Virus record (IMG/VR): IMGVR_UViG_3300047545_000594
Span: 1-24,109 of that record
Origin: a virus
Lineage: Duplodnaviria; Caudoviricetes
Strand: one strand, 5' to 3'
Length of the DNA stretch: 24,109 nucleotides
The translations under genes and the position numbers were made by a program. The notes under the pieces were generated by a model, which was given only the letters and a program-made list of their open reading frames with translations, did no database searches and was not told the DNA's origin. Shown one piece after another: positions 13,916 through 23,287 of this stretch. Every line of letters begins with the position of its first letter. Position 1 is the first letter of the stretch.

Positions 13916-16144
13916 ATGGCAGAATTAGAAGGATTTAGTGATGACTTGTTAAGAAACGTACAGAGTGTACAGGACTCTATGCTCGACATATCTAGTAGTA
14001 CGGCAAGGTTTAGCAGGGAACTACGAAATGCAGGAGAATTACAAACAGATATTGCAGGCGCGTATAGGGGGATAAGAGAGTCCGCAAACAAAGTAGCTGA
14101 GATACAAGAAAGAGCTAAAAAGAGTTCCAAAGGAACGGCTGATGCAATAGCTCAGCAAAATAAACAAGCAGACATTGCTAGACAATTAAACTTAAAGATA
14201 GATGCACTGTACGCTAGAGCAAACTCTACAACAGGAAGTGTACGTGAAAACCTACTTAAGCAAGCACAAAACTTAGCTAATGCAAGAGACAATGCGAAGG
14301 AGTTGGCAAAGAGCTACCAACAAATTGCAGAAGACTCTGCTAGATTGGATAAGGCAAGTACCTTCTACGACAAAATGTCTCAGGTAATGAAAGGAGTTCC
14401 ACTACTTAAGAACCTCTCAGGACCGTTTGAGAAAGCTGCTGAAGCAGCAAGAAAGACTGCACTAGAGAACGCTAAAAACGGAACAAACACTAGCACAATG
14501 GCTTCTGGAATGGGAGCTTTTAAAGATAGCATAGGAGAGTCGTTAGGATCTCTTATAAAAGGATTTGGTTGGATAACTTTAATAGGTTCGGCAGTTAAAT
14601 TCTTCGTAGAGCTACTTGTAGGAGCTCAAGAAAGGACAGTTGAGATAGCAAAAGACCTTTCTATAACAAGAGAAAGCGCAGAAGGAATCAGACAGCAGTA
14701 CATAGCTATCGCAGCAGGTAGCAGTAACCTCCTTGTCAACACAAAAAGCCTTGTAGAAGCTCAACAACAATTCTCAGAGTACACACAAGCAGTTAGTTGG
14801 AATACTCAAGGAGCTTTAGAAAATCAAGTATTCTTAACTAAGAATTTAGGAATCGCAGCAGATAAGGCTGCCGATTTTAACTACATGATGGAAGCTACAG
14901 GACAGAATATAGAAGGATCTACGGATATGGTAGGTGCAATGTCTAAGTCGTTTTCTAAGATCTATGGTAATACAGTTCCTACAGCTAAGATACTAAGAGC
15001 AATAGCCAATACTAGTAAAGAAATACAGGGGTATTTTGGATTTAGTGTAAAGAGTCTAGCACAAGGTGTATTAGTAACCTCTCAGTTTGGATTAGAGCTT
15101 GAAAACGCATTGGCTGTAAGTAAGTCCCTACTAGACTTCGAATCATCAATAAGCAATGAGTTAGAATTAGAACTACTAACAGGGAAAGAGCTTAACCTAG
15201 AAAAAGCTAGGTCAAAAGCACTATCAGGAGACATTGCAGGTGCAACAGCTGACATAATGACGCAGATGCAGCAGCTTACAGAGGAGCAAAGAAAGAATCC
15301 TCTAATCATGGAGAGCATGGCTAAGACTACTGGACTCTCAGCAGACCAATTAAACAGGGCTTACCTTGTTAATAGGAAGTTGAATGGGGAAGCTAAGAAG
15401 TACTACGACCAGCTTATTTCCCAAGGAAAGGTTAAAGAAGCGAATAACCTAATAGATCAATTGGGAGAAAAGGCAACCAAAGCTGAGATGGAGAAAACAA
15501 TAACAGCTCAAGATGCTTTTAATGCAGCACTAGAAAAAGCAAAAGATCAATTCTCAGGACTTGTATCATCGGGAGCTTTGGATATGCTAGTTGACGTTAT
15601 TGTAGACTTTGCTAAGACTATGAAGTCTTGGGGATTTGGAAAATCAGCAGGAGAGCAGAGAGTTGATACACAAGCCAAAGCAGCACAATCAACTATAGGT
15701 GCAAAATCGAACGATACCCAGAAAGCTACATTAGAAAAACTAAGAGTACAGGCAGGAGGAACTTCAGAAGGATTTTTCAAAACATCTACACAGAGGGAGG
15801 TTGATTCGCAGATATTTGCACGAGCAGAAAAAATGAACATAGATTTTGAGCAAGCAAAAGAGCAAATTGCACAAGAAGCTGCTAAAAAACTAGAAGAGAT
15901 TAAATCAGGAGCAAGATCAATCAATCCAAATACAGGCAAAACCGAAGTTAAGGTAAAGGATTTTGTACTCAAACCGTTAGGAGAGGACACCATTACAATG
16001 GCAGGAGGAACTAAGTTAGGAGGAAATGTGGAAGCACTACTGCAAGAGCTTATAGCTGCCGTTAAACAAGATAAGCCAGTTCACTTAGATGGACAAAAAG
16101 TAAACTCAGTATTAGGACAGAACCTATATACTGTAGGAGGATAG
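13916..16144 (+). CDS. Tail tape measure protein
   Basis: 742 aa Ala/Gln/Lys-rich helical protein with a hydrophobic segment (GFGWITLIGSAVKFFVELLV) and LLDFESSI..ELELELLTGKELNLEKAR; canonical position after the chaperone. Confidence 0.8.
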   Translation: MAELEGFSDDLLRNVQSVQDSMLDISSSTARFSRELRNAGELQTDIAGAYRGIRESANKVAEIQERAKKSSKGTADAIAQQNKQADIARQLNLKIDALYARANSTTGSVRENLLKQAQNLANARDNAKELAKSYQQIAEDSARLDKASTFYDKMSQVMKGVPLLKNLSGPFEKAAEAARKTALENAKNGTNTSTMASGMGAFKDSIGESLGSLIKGFGWITLIGSAVKFFVELLVGAQERTVEIAKDLSITRESAEGIRQQYIAIAAGSSNLLVNTKSLVEAQQQFSEYTQAVSWNTQGALENQVFLTKNLGIAADKAADFNYMMEATGQNIEGSTDMVGAMSKSFSKIYGNTVPTAKILRAIANTSKEIQGYFGFSVKSLAQGVLVTSQFGLELENALAVSKSLLDFESSISNELELELLTGKELNLEKARSKALSGDIAGATADIMTQMQQLTEEQRKNPLIMESMAKTTGLSADQLNRAYLVNRKLNGEAKKYYDQLISQGKVKEANNLIDQLGEKATKAEMEKTITAQDAFNAALEKAKDQFSGLVSSGALDMLVDVIVDFAKTMKSWGFGKSAGEQRVDTQAKAAQSTIGAKSNDTQKATLEKLRVQAGGTSEGFFKTSTQREVDSQIFARAEKMNIDFEQAKEQIAQEAAKKLEEIKSGARSINPNTGKTEVKVKDFVLKPLGEDTITMAGGTKLGGNVEALLQELIAAVKQDKPVHLDGQKVNSVLGQNLYTVGG

Positions 16145-16161
16145 CAAACAATTAGGTAACC

Positions 16162-16169
16162 TATTTATA
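16162..16169 (+). promoter_or_regulatory. Putative late promoter TATTTATA
   Basis: 27 nt upstream of ATG 16189. Confidence 0.55.
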
Positions 16170-16188
16170 ATAAACAAAAATACATAAC

Positions 16189-16398
16189 ATGGGATTAATA
16201 GACTTATTACCAAACTCGAATTTAGGATTAGCAGGACAGACTCCAGGATTAACACCACAAGGAGATCCTACATCAACTCTACACAAAGAGTATTCGATTA
16301 ACGGAAACCCAAACCAGACAGGAGTATTTCCAGTTCCATCACAATTGGATCTAGATGGAATAACACCTGACAAATACATGGATAACCTTCCAGGATAA
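16189..16398 (+). CDS. Small hypothetical (probable tail/baseplate) protein
   Basis: 69 aa, MGLIDLL...SQLDLDG.TPDKYMDNLPG; preceded by the late motif and lies in the baseplate operon. Confidence 0.65.
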   Translation: MGLIDLLPNSNLGLAGQTPGLTPQGDPTSTLHKEYSINGNPNQTGVFPVPSQLDLDGITPDKYMDNLPG

Positions 16399-16408
16399 AA
16401 CTTAACAA

Positions 16409-18106
16409 ATGTCAAAAGGACTTCTTACTCTCCAAACGGACTTAAAAAGTCTACGTTATGGAAACGATAAACCGTACGTTACTAAGGACATCAACAATGC
16501 TCCCTCTAGTAACCAAACCGGTATGCAAGTAACTAAGCGTATAGATGACTTATCTAGAATCGCTCAAATGCTTGTTGACCGTCCAGGTTTAGCACACCTA
16601 TCAAACGAGGCTTTACTTAAACAAGTAGGAGTTCAAGATAGATTTGAAAAATCCAGAAAGAGTGGAAAGTCGGTTGCGGGAGCTTTACTAAAAGAGTTAG
16701 GAGGTACAGCCCTTACTACGGTAAAGGTAGTTGGATCAACTATTGCTCAAGTTCCAGTAAACGGAACAGGTACCCATTTCTTAAGAGGATTTAGAACGGA
16801 TACATATCTACAGCCAACAAACGGAAACCAATTCTCACAATTTGCATCATTCTTTGGAGCTGGTGGAGTAGAGGGAGCACCTTCTGCTATTAAAGGACAG
16901 GAGATTGTAGGTACTGTAGAATCAGCCTTACTAGATGTAAGTAGCAGCTTTCAGTATAATGCACCTGTTCGTACAAGTAATTTTGGAATCAAAAATTGGA
17001 ACGAGATTCCAAATAAAAAAATAGAAGACGTATTACCACCTTTAAGAGGTTCTGAACTAGCTAAGGATGGTAGCATTATTTCAGTTACACAGCCACAAAA
17101 AGTAACTCAAATAACAGGAGGCGGAACAGCAGAGATTCCAGATGGAGTAATAGAGCTACCTACAAGCAGTTCAATCAATAACGAGACATCTAGAGAAACT
17201 ACAATAGCTCCAGGTAAATTAGGAAGATCAGTAGATAACATAGTATCGAACTACCACGGACCTAAGGGAATATTACAGGATATACAAGATAAGTCTAGTG
17301 AAGGTTCAACATACACTCAACAGAAGAGTCGAGTAGGCTCAAAGAACGTAAACGTAACTAAGGAACTTAGAATTACTTTAGGAGATCAAGGAGCAATAAG
17401 TACTGACGCAAACTATCAAGATGCGAGAAGATCTAACAAGTATTGGATACAAAGCGATACAATAAACCAAGCTGAGGTTGATAAGCTAAACGCATTAGAT
17501 GTTCAGAATTATAAAGTAGATGGAGAAACCGTAGGACGAGACATTGTAAAATTTAGATTTCACGTAATAACACCAGACGAGAGTGAGAAGGTACTGTACT
17601 TTAGAGCCTACCTAGACTCCTTTGCAGATAACTACTCAGCACAATGGAATCCGGTTAAGTACTTAGGTAGAGCAGAGGATTTTCAAATCTATGGTGGTTT
17701 TCAAAGAAAAATTACCTTATCTTTCAAAATAGCTGCAGCTACAAGGGCAGAGATGAAGAGTATCTACAGAAAGATGGTATACCTAGCATCTACAACAGCA
17801 CCAACTTACGCAGACGGTGGACAGTTTATGAGAGGGACCCTTACTAAAATGACAGTAGGAGATTACGTGTATGAGCAACCAGGAGTACTTAATAGTGTGA
17901 ACTATACTTGGAATATAGACTATCCTTGGGAAATTGCAATGAATGAGCCAGAAAAAGAAGGTGATCAAACTATGCAAGAGTTACCAATGGTAATGGATTG
18001 TAGTATAGATTTTACACCAATTCATACATTCACTCCAACAACAGGAATTAAGAATAAACTATTTACAGCATCTGAGCTAGGAAAGCCAAACTACTTCTTA
18101 GACTAA
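16409..18106 (+). CDS. Baseplate / tail-tube initiator-like protein
   Basis: The C-terminal domain FRAYLDSFADNYSAQWNPVKYLGR.E..IYGGFQRKITLSFKI...MTVGD...PGVLNSVNY...WE has a tube-initiator-type pattern; it lies between the tape measure and LysM genes. Confidence 0.6.
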   Translation: MSKGLLTLQTDLKSLRYGNDKPYVTKDINNAPSSNQTGMQVTKRIDDLSRIAQMLVDRPGLAHLSNEALLKQVGVQDRFEKSRKSGKSVAGALLKELGGTALTTVKVVGSTIAQVPVNGTGTHFLRGFRTDTYLQPTNGNQFSQFASFFGAGGVEGAPSAIKGQEIVGTVESALLDVSSSFQYNAPVRTSNFGIKNWNEIPNKKIEDVLPPLRGSELAKDGSIISVTQPQKVTQITGGGTAEIPDGVIELPTSSSINNETSRETTIAPGKLGRSVDNIVSNYHGPKGILQDIQDKSSEGSTYTQQKSRVGSKNVNVTKELRITLGDQGAISTDANYQDARRSNKYWIQSDTINQAEVDKLNALDVQNYKVDGETVGRDIVKFRFHVITPDESEKVLYFRAYLDSFADNYSAQWNPVKYLGRAEDFQIYGGFQRKITLSFKIAAATRAEMKSIYRKMVYLASTTAPTYADGGQFMRGTLTKMTVGDYVYEQPGVLNSVNYTWNIDYPWEIAMNEPEKEGDQTMQELPMVMDCSIDFTPIHTFTPTTGIKNKLFTASELGKPNYFLD

Positions 18107-18110
18107 GTAT

Positions 18111-18407
18111 ATGATAAGATACCAAGACATACCAGTAACACAATCTAAACAAGGCAAGTCCTACAGAGAGACGGTAATATACCCTGCTGTACCCAATTCA
18201 GAAGCAGACTACTACATCATCACAACAGGAGGAGATCGTTACGACACATTAGCACAGCAGTTCTACAATGATAGTACCCTATGGTGGATTATTGCAGCAG
18301 CAAACAACTCAGAAAGAGCATCACTATTCGTCGAACCAGGAATTCAACTAAGAGTACCAGGTAATGTAGAGGACATCATAAATTCGTTTAGACAACTTAA
18401 TAAATAA
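18111..18407 (+). CDS. LysM-like baseplate protein (T4 gp53 / P2 gpX-like)
   Basis: GDRYDTLAQQFYNDSTLWWIIAAAN...PGIQLRVP. Confidence 0.85.
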   Translation: MIRYQDIPVTQSKQGKSYRETVIYPAVPNSEADYYIITTGGDRYDTLAQQFYNDSTLWWIIAAANNSERASLFVEPGIQLRVPGNVEDIINSFRQLNK

Positions 18408-18408
18408 T

Positions 18409-21186
18409 ATGGCTGGAGGAAAAGTTATAGGAGGACCTTTTGATAATAAGGTAATTAACCAGTTAAGTGTTAGGAGTCACATACTTAGTAAGACTGCTAG
18501 AACTAACGATGACCTACTATACCTAGCAGGTAGAACAGGTTGGGCAAAACTATCATCAGGAGTAAACATAGACGGATATACCGAACTAGCTAAAGCTAAT
18601 ATACTTATTGGAGGCATACTAGGCAGAACAGGTACAAATAGCTACGATAATTCAACAGGACCAACAGGTAGAGGATTTAGACCAATGCCAGGTATTACGG
18701 GAGTTACCGTAAGATCAATCAACCGATTTGGAGTACTAAAAGAAGCAACAATTACCTACAACTGTTGGGATGTATCTCAATTACAGGAACTTGAGTTACT
18801 TTACATGAGACCAGGATTCACAGCATTGCTTGAATGGGGACACAGTATTTCAGCTAAAGGAGGTGGTATTTTCGATAAAGTACCTCAAACAGTAAGCACA
18901 TTCTTCAACGGTAAGTCAACTAAGGAGGATATATACAAAGAGATTGAGAGCTTAAAAGAAAGTAGTTCATGTAACTATGATGGTATCTTAGGATTTGTTA
19001 AGAACTTCTCATGGAGCTTTAGACCGGATGGTGGATACGACTGTACTACCACTCTAGTATCTATAGGGGAGATTATGGAGTCACTGACGATTGACATGGA
19101 CACTCCTTCCCTAACTACTCAAGCTACGGTAGACAGCACAGAGACAGCACCAGCTACAGTACTACAATCCATATTAAAGACGATACAAACTCAGGAACCA
19201 GGACAGGTGTGGGACAGTGTACAGAGTGAATACAGTACATTTGCTAGCAAGTACCTAAAATTAGGAGGAAGACCTCAGATAGATATAGCCAAGCTATTTT
19301 TCAATAACATAACAGATCCTACATTAGCCCCAAAAGAAGGGAGGTTGGAATTTAGTTACATATCTCTACGTACATTTTGTGAAATACTAAACGGAGTAGG
19401 ATTAGTAGATACCAATGATAAGAGTATTATTAAACTAAACACAGATATAGCTCCAAGAGGCGAAAAGAGCGATACACCACTTTGTAGATATAGGTCATTC
19501 AAATTCCACACATCAGCAGATCCAGGAGTATGCATACTGCTATCACCAGGTACATCTGCTTGGTCATTCCCAGATACCCTATATTACCAACTCCGCAAAA
19601 ATCTCGAAGGATCTTCAGATGAGATACTAAATATTCAAATGAATGTTACGTACCTATCGAGAGTAGTAGATACTCTATTACATGGACCTAAGGAAGGTAG
19701 AACATTGAACAACCTATTTGCTCCAATCTTTGCACAACTAAATGATGTAATGGGAGGTATCAATGATATCAACTTCTACTACGATGAGAGTAAATTTACC
19801 TACTACATAGTGGACCGAAATGCTCAAGTAGAGCAAAAGGATGTGTCGCTACTAAATGTAACAGGACTAAAGTCAACAGTAACTAAGTTCGACTTTGTAA
19901 CCAAACTATCTCCAGCACTGACCACTATGGTTGCCATTTCTGCACAAGCAGGAGCAGCTGACGTAGGTCTAGAGGCTGAAGCATTACTAAGATGGAATGA
20001 GGGATTAACTGATAGGATTTTAGGAACAAAGAAAATTAAAGTAGAAGGACTACCAGCATCAACACCTCAAGCACAATCTACGACAGCCTTTTCTAAGGGA
20101 ATTGCGTTAGCACAAAAACAAGCAGCTGCCGAAACCGATCCTGTTAAACTAAGAGAGGCTGAGCAGAAAACAAGAAGGGATACTATTAACAAAGCATTAG
20201 CTAAGTGCTACAATAGTAGTGGAGAATATGATAGAGAAAATATAGATTTAGCAAAGACACAGTATAACTACTTTGCAACAACTTACATACAGAATCACAA
20301 CGAAGAGAGTGAAAACAATAAGACAGCAGGTCCTGCCGGAATTATTCCATTTGAAATGACACTAGAGATGGACGGTATCTCAGGAATAAAGATAGGACAA
20401 GCGTTTAAGATTAACGATGCTATTATGCCTGCAAAGTATAATGGAGTTGTAGGATTTATTGTAACAGGTATTGACCATGCTATTGCAGGTAATAGGTGGA
20501 CAACAACCTTAAAAGCTCAAACTATCGTATTACAGGGTAAGTTGAAGACAAACTCAACACTTACCTCTTCTCAGAACAATAAAGGGTTTTCTACAAATAA
20601 GAGAAGAGGAATACAAACAGCAGCACCTACATCGGCTAAAAAACTAGCTTCTTTTGGAAAAGTAAGTGACAGTGTACCAATTCATGCTAAACCTATTTTG
20701 GATACAATAGCATACACTGAAGGTACTGCAGCAGTAGGAAGTAATGGATACGATGTAATAGTAGGATTTGAACGACTACCAGGTTGGACAGAGGACTACA
20801 AACAAGGACATCCTAATAAGGTAGTGAATCTTAGCAGAACACTAGCTAGTAGTGCAGCAGGAAGATACCAGTTTCTATCAACTACTTGGAAGAGCTTAAA
20901 GCTAGGTAGCTTCAACAAATCTAACCAAGATTTAGGAGGATGGAATCTCGTACAAAAACAAACTGCTGTTAAGACTAGTTTTGAAGTAGCAAAAGCACAA
21001 ATAAGTTCTAACAAAGTTGATGTAAACAAAAACCCAGGCTTCCTTAGCTTCTTAGATGGTAACTATGCAGTATGGGCTAGTTTAGTAAATAGAAATGGAG
21101 AAGCAAGGTACGGAGGACAAGGAGGATCGTTAAATCCTGCAGATATATACAAAGTGTATATAGAAGCTGTAAAAAAATATACATAG
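18409..21186 (+). CDS. Baseplate hub-like protein with C-terminal lambda-type lysozyme / lytic transglycosylase (GH104-like) domain (about 20690-21186)
   Basis: Hub-like N-terminus (RPMPGIT...YMRPG..ALLEWG...NFSWS..DGGYDC; FIVTGIDH.I..NRWTTTL). C-terminal LDTIAYTEGT, YDVIVG, SSAAGRYQFLSTTW, NQD and WASL motifs match lambda R-like muramidases. Confidence 0.8.
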   Translation: MAGGKVIGGPFDNKVINQLSVRSHILSKTARTNDDLLYLAGRTGWAKLSSGVNIDGYTELAKANILIGGILGRTGTNSYDNSTGPTGRGFRPMPGITGVTVRSINRFGVLKEATITYNCWDVSQLQELELLYMRPGFTALLEWGHSISAKGGGIFDKVPQTVSTFFNGKSTKEDIYKEIESLKESSSCNYDGILGFVKNFSWSFRPDGGYDCTTTLVSIGEIMESLTIDMDTPSLTTQATVDSTETAPATVLQSILKTIQTQEPGQVWDSVQSEYSTFASKYLKLGGRPQIDIAKLFFNNITDPTLAPKEGRLEFSYISLRTFCEILNGVGLVDTNDKSIIKLNTDIAPRGEKSDTPLCRYRSFKFHTSADPGVCILLSPGTSAWSFPDTLYYQLRKNLEGSSDEILNIQMNVTYLSRVVDTLLHGPKEGRTLNNLFAPIFAQLNDVMGGINDINFYYDESKFTYYIVDRNAQVEQKDVSLLNVTGLKSTVTKFDFVTKLSPALTTMVAISAQAGAADVGLEAEALLRWNEGLTDRILGTKKIKVEGLPASTPQAQSTTAFSKGIALAQKQAAAETDPVKLREAEQKTRRDTINKALAKCYNSSGEYDRENIDLAKTQYNYFATTYIQNHNEESENNKTAGPAGIIPFEMTLEMDGISGIKIGQAFKINDAIMPAKYNGVVGFIVTGIDHAIAGNRWTTTLKAQTIVLQGKLKTNSTLTSSQNNKGFSTNKRRGIQTAAPTSAKKLASFGKVSDSVPIHAKPILDTIAYTEGTAAVGSNGYDVIVGFERLPGWTEDYKQGHPNKVVNLSRTLASSAAGRYQFLSTTWKSLKLGSFNKSNQDLGGWNLVQKQTAVKTSFEVAKAQISSNKVDVNKNPGFLSFLDGNYAVWASLVNRNGEARYGGQGGSLNPADIYKVYIEAVKKYT

Positions 21187-21194
21187 GAATACAC

Positions 21195-21881
21195 ATGGCA
21201 ACTAACCTACTACCGAAAAGCAGTAATAAACATACCTACGTACCAAAGGGTAAGTACAAAAAAGCTAAACACACTTCTGGCGGTGAGTTTGTAACGACAT
21301 TGGACAAACAACCGTATACAGGATACTATATCGAGATATACGGAGGACAGTATCGTGCTGGAAAAACTCCTGAAGATAGAGGTGCAGAGTTAAGTAAAGT
21401 ATCTAGTAGTATTGCCACTATAAAGAAACTACTACCAGTTGTAGCCACTTTAGCTGCAGGACTATTCAGTAGAAAGCTAACAAAACGAGAGATAGACTCA
21501 GGAGTTGCAAAAAGGTACTTCCTACAGAATAGAGTTAACAGCAAGATCCAGGAAGTAGACGAACCAACATATAATGCTGCAAAAAGAGAATTACCTAATA
21601 GGGTATTTGCACAAGTAGATTGGATTGTAAAAGGACCTGCAGAGGATAAGATGTTTGGTCAGTATAAGTATGAAGGAGCAGAAAGTAGAAACAAAAGAAC
21701 AATCCAGGACTTAGAAAAGCAAGTACCAGGTATCTCTACTTTTATAACAGATTACAAATACCTAGTACAGGAACCAGTGGTCGTAGACAAACAAGCTACT
21801 ACTTCACAAACTATAATAGAAGAGGATCCAACAATACAGTTAGACAATTCACGAAAAGCGAATTTCGATACTAGAAAATAA
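21195..21881 (+). CDS. Hypothetical basic protein, last gene of the baseplate operon
   Basis: 228 aa ORF (HTSGGEF...YTGYY...RYF...WIVKGP) followed by a terminator. Confidence 0.7.
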   Translation: MATNLLPKSSNKHTYVPKGKYKKAKHTSGGEFVTTLDKQPYTGYYIEIYGGQYRAGKTPEDRGAELSKVSSSIATIKKLLPVVATLAAGLFSRKLTKREIDSGVAKRYFLQNRVNSKIQEVDEPTYNAAKRELPNRVFAQVDWIVKGPAEDKMFGQYKYEGAESRNKRTIQDLEKQVPGISTFITDYKYLVQEPVVVDKQATTSQTIIEEDPTIQLDNSRKANFDTRK

Positions 21882-21890
21882 AATAACCAA

Positions 21891-21916
21891 AAGGCTTGCT
21901 TCCGCAGGTCTTTTTT
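21891..21916 (+). terminator. Rho-independent terminator overlapping the next promoter
   Basis: aaggcttgc-ttcc-gcaggtctt stem plus a T run. Confidence 0.75.
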
Positions 21917-21924
21917 GTTATATT
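21896..21924 (+). promoter_or_regulatory. Host-RNAP-type promoter TTG-N20-TATATT
   Basis: TTG 21896-21898 and TATATT 21919-21924; ATG at 21944. Confidence 0.6.
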
Positions 21925-21943
21925 GTAATAAAGGTTATAGCAA

Positions 21944-23269
21944 ATGTTTTATATAATAGAAACACCAGAGCAAATTCAGCTCTTAAAAAATCTAGGCAGG
22001 AAAGGAGGATACGTAGAAGTCATTTCAACAAATGATAACTACCATCCACTACTTACAACTACCGTAGCAGTATACTTACGACCTTTAGATCACCCAGAGG
22101 GATACATTATTCCAATATGTCATGATGAAGGACTCAACGTTAGCAAAGACTGTGTCTACGACATACTAAAGCATTACACAACACTTTTTACGTTCAACAA
22201 GAAAGAGTTGATGTATCACTTTGTATTACCTGCAGTAACAGATATATCGTTGCTATATGCAATGACAAACTACAATAGACTAGAACTTCCAAGATTAAAT
22301 TCAACATGTACTTGGTACTATAGTCGATTTGCACATTTTAAAGACATAAACGTTATCATTCCACTAGCAAAGTTATTTGAGAGATGTGAGGATAACTACG
22401 AAGCACTAAAAGGCATATTGCAATATGAAATACCAAATGGATTTAGCTTCTACAACAAGACAGCTACTTCTGTATTTTTTATGATTGAAAGATCGGGGTT
22501 GAGAGTTACATACCAATCATTCATCGAGTTATTCAAACCAAACAATCCAGTATACAATATTGAGGATAACATAGCGTACACATCGTACAACTTATATAAC
22601 AATACTTCACGTCCCACTAATACATTCAACTCAGTTAACTTTGCAGCAATACCAAAAGCACCTGAGTTTAGAAAAGCAATCATTCCACAGAATGATGTGT
22701 TTGTAGAAATGGACTTTGATGGATACCACTTAAGGTTACTGTGTGAGCAAATAGGGTATGAGCTTACAGAGGAGTCCGCACACGTACAGTTAGCTAGATT
22801 GTATTTCGGAAAAGATGAAATAGCTGAGGAGGAGTATGCAAAAGCAAAACAAATCAACTTCCATGCGATATACGGTAAGATACCTCAGGAGTATGCCTTT
22901 CTCGAAGTGTTCGATAAGATCGAGAAGTACATTGCTAAACTTTGGAAGCAATTTAATGAGCAGGGCTATGTAGAAGATCCAATATCAGGAAAACGATTTA
23001 CAAAAGACCTACCTGAGATGCATCCACAAAAGTTGATGAATTATATGATGCAAAGTTTGGAAACCAGTAGGAATATCCTTATATTAAAGGATGTGCTAAT
23101 GTTCCTGCATAACAAGAAGAGTAAGCTAGCTCTGTACACGTATGATGCAATAGTATTCGACTTCGATAAGTCAGATGGAAAGGAGACACTAGAGCAGCTA
23201 GAGACCATAATGAATCAAGGAGGGAAGTACCCAATAAAGTTTAAATATAGTAATAACTTAGTTTTATAG
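21944..23269 (+). CDS. Atypical minimal family A DNA polymerase-like protein (degenerate 3'-5' exo domain, thumb largely absent)
   Basis: TSRPTN (TGRLSS equivalent), FRKAI, motif A EMDFDGYHLR, motif B YAKAKQINFHAIYG, NYMMQS, motif C LYTYDAIVFD; only 441 aa. Confidence 0.8.
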   Translation: MFYIIETPEQIQLLKNLGRKGGYVEVISTNDNYHPLLTTTVAVYLRPLDHPEGYIIPICHDEGLNVSKDCVYDILKHYTTLFTFNKKELMYHFVLPAVTDISLLYAMTNYNRLELPRLNSTCTWYYSRFAHFKDINVIIPLAKLFERCEDNYEALKGILQYEIPNGFSFYNKTATSVFFMIERSGLRVTYQSFIELFKPNNPVYNIEDNIAYTSYNLYNNTSRPTNTFNSVNFAAIPKAPEFRKAIIPQNDVFVEMDFDGYHLRLLCEQIGYELTEESAHVQLARLYFGKDEIAEEEYAKAKQINFHAIYGKIPQEYAFLEVFDKIEKYIAKLWKQFNEQGYVEDPISGKRFTKDLPEMHPQKLMNYMMQSLETSRNILILKDVLMFLHNKKSKLALYTYDAIVFDFDKSDGKETLEQLETIMNQGGKYPIKFKYSNNLVL

Positions 23270-23278
23270 AATAAATCA

Positions 23279-23286
23279 TATTTATA
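23279..23286 (+). promoter_or_regulatory. Putative late promoter TATTTATA
   Basis: Intergenic copy directly before 23288; it implies a leaderless start or a true start downstream (e.g. ATG 23357). Confidence 0.45.
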
Positions 23287-23287
23287 A

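Noticed and set aside
10230-21186. Bacterial contractile injection system (eCIS/tailocin/T6SS) rather than phage
   Set aside because: It is flanked by phage-type replication genes (gp32-like SSB, PolA-like), an S74 fibre and phage late-type motifs, with no host housekeeping genes.
1776-22857. All minus-strand ORFs in the track (e.g. 2137..2451, 15547..15993, 22450..22857)
   Set aside because: They are antisense shadows of well-supported + strand genes, with no recognisable motifs or own expression signals.
21944-23269. PolA pseudogene or T7-type RNA polymerase
   Set aside because: The ORF is intact with both catalytic Asp residues and its own promoter, and the motifs align with DNA PolA rather than the DGSCSG/IHDS motifs of single-subunit RNAPs.
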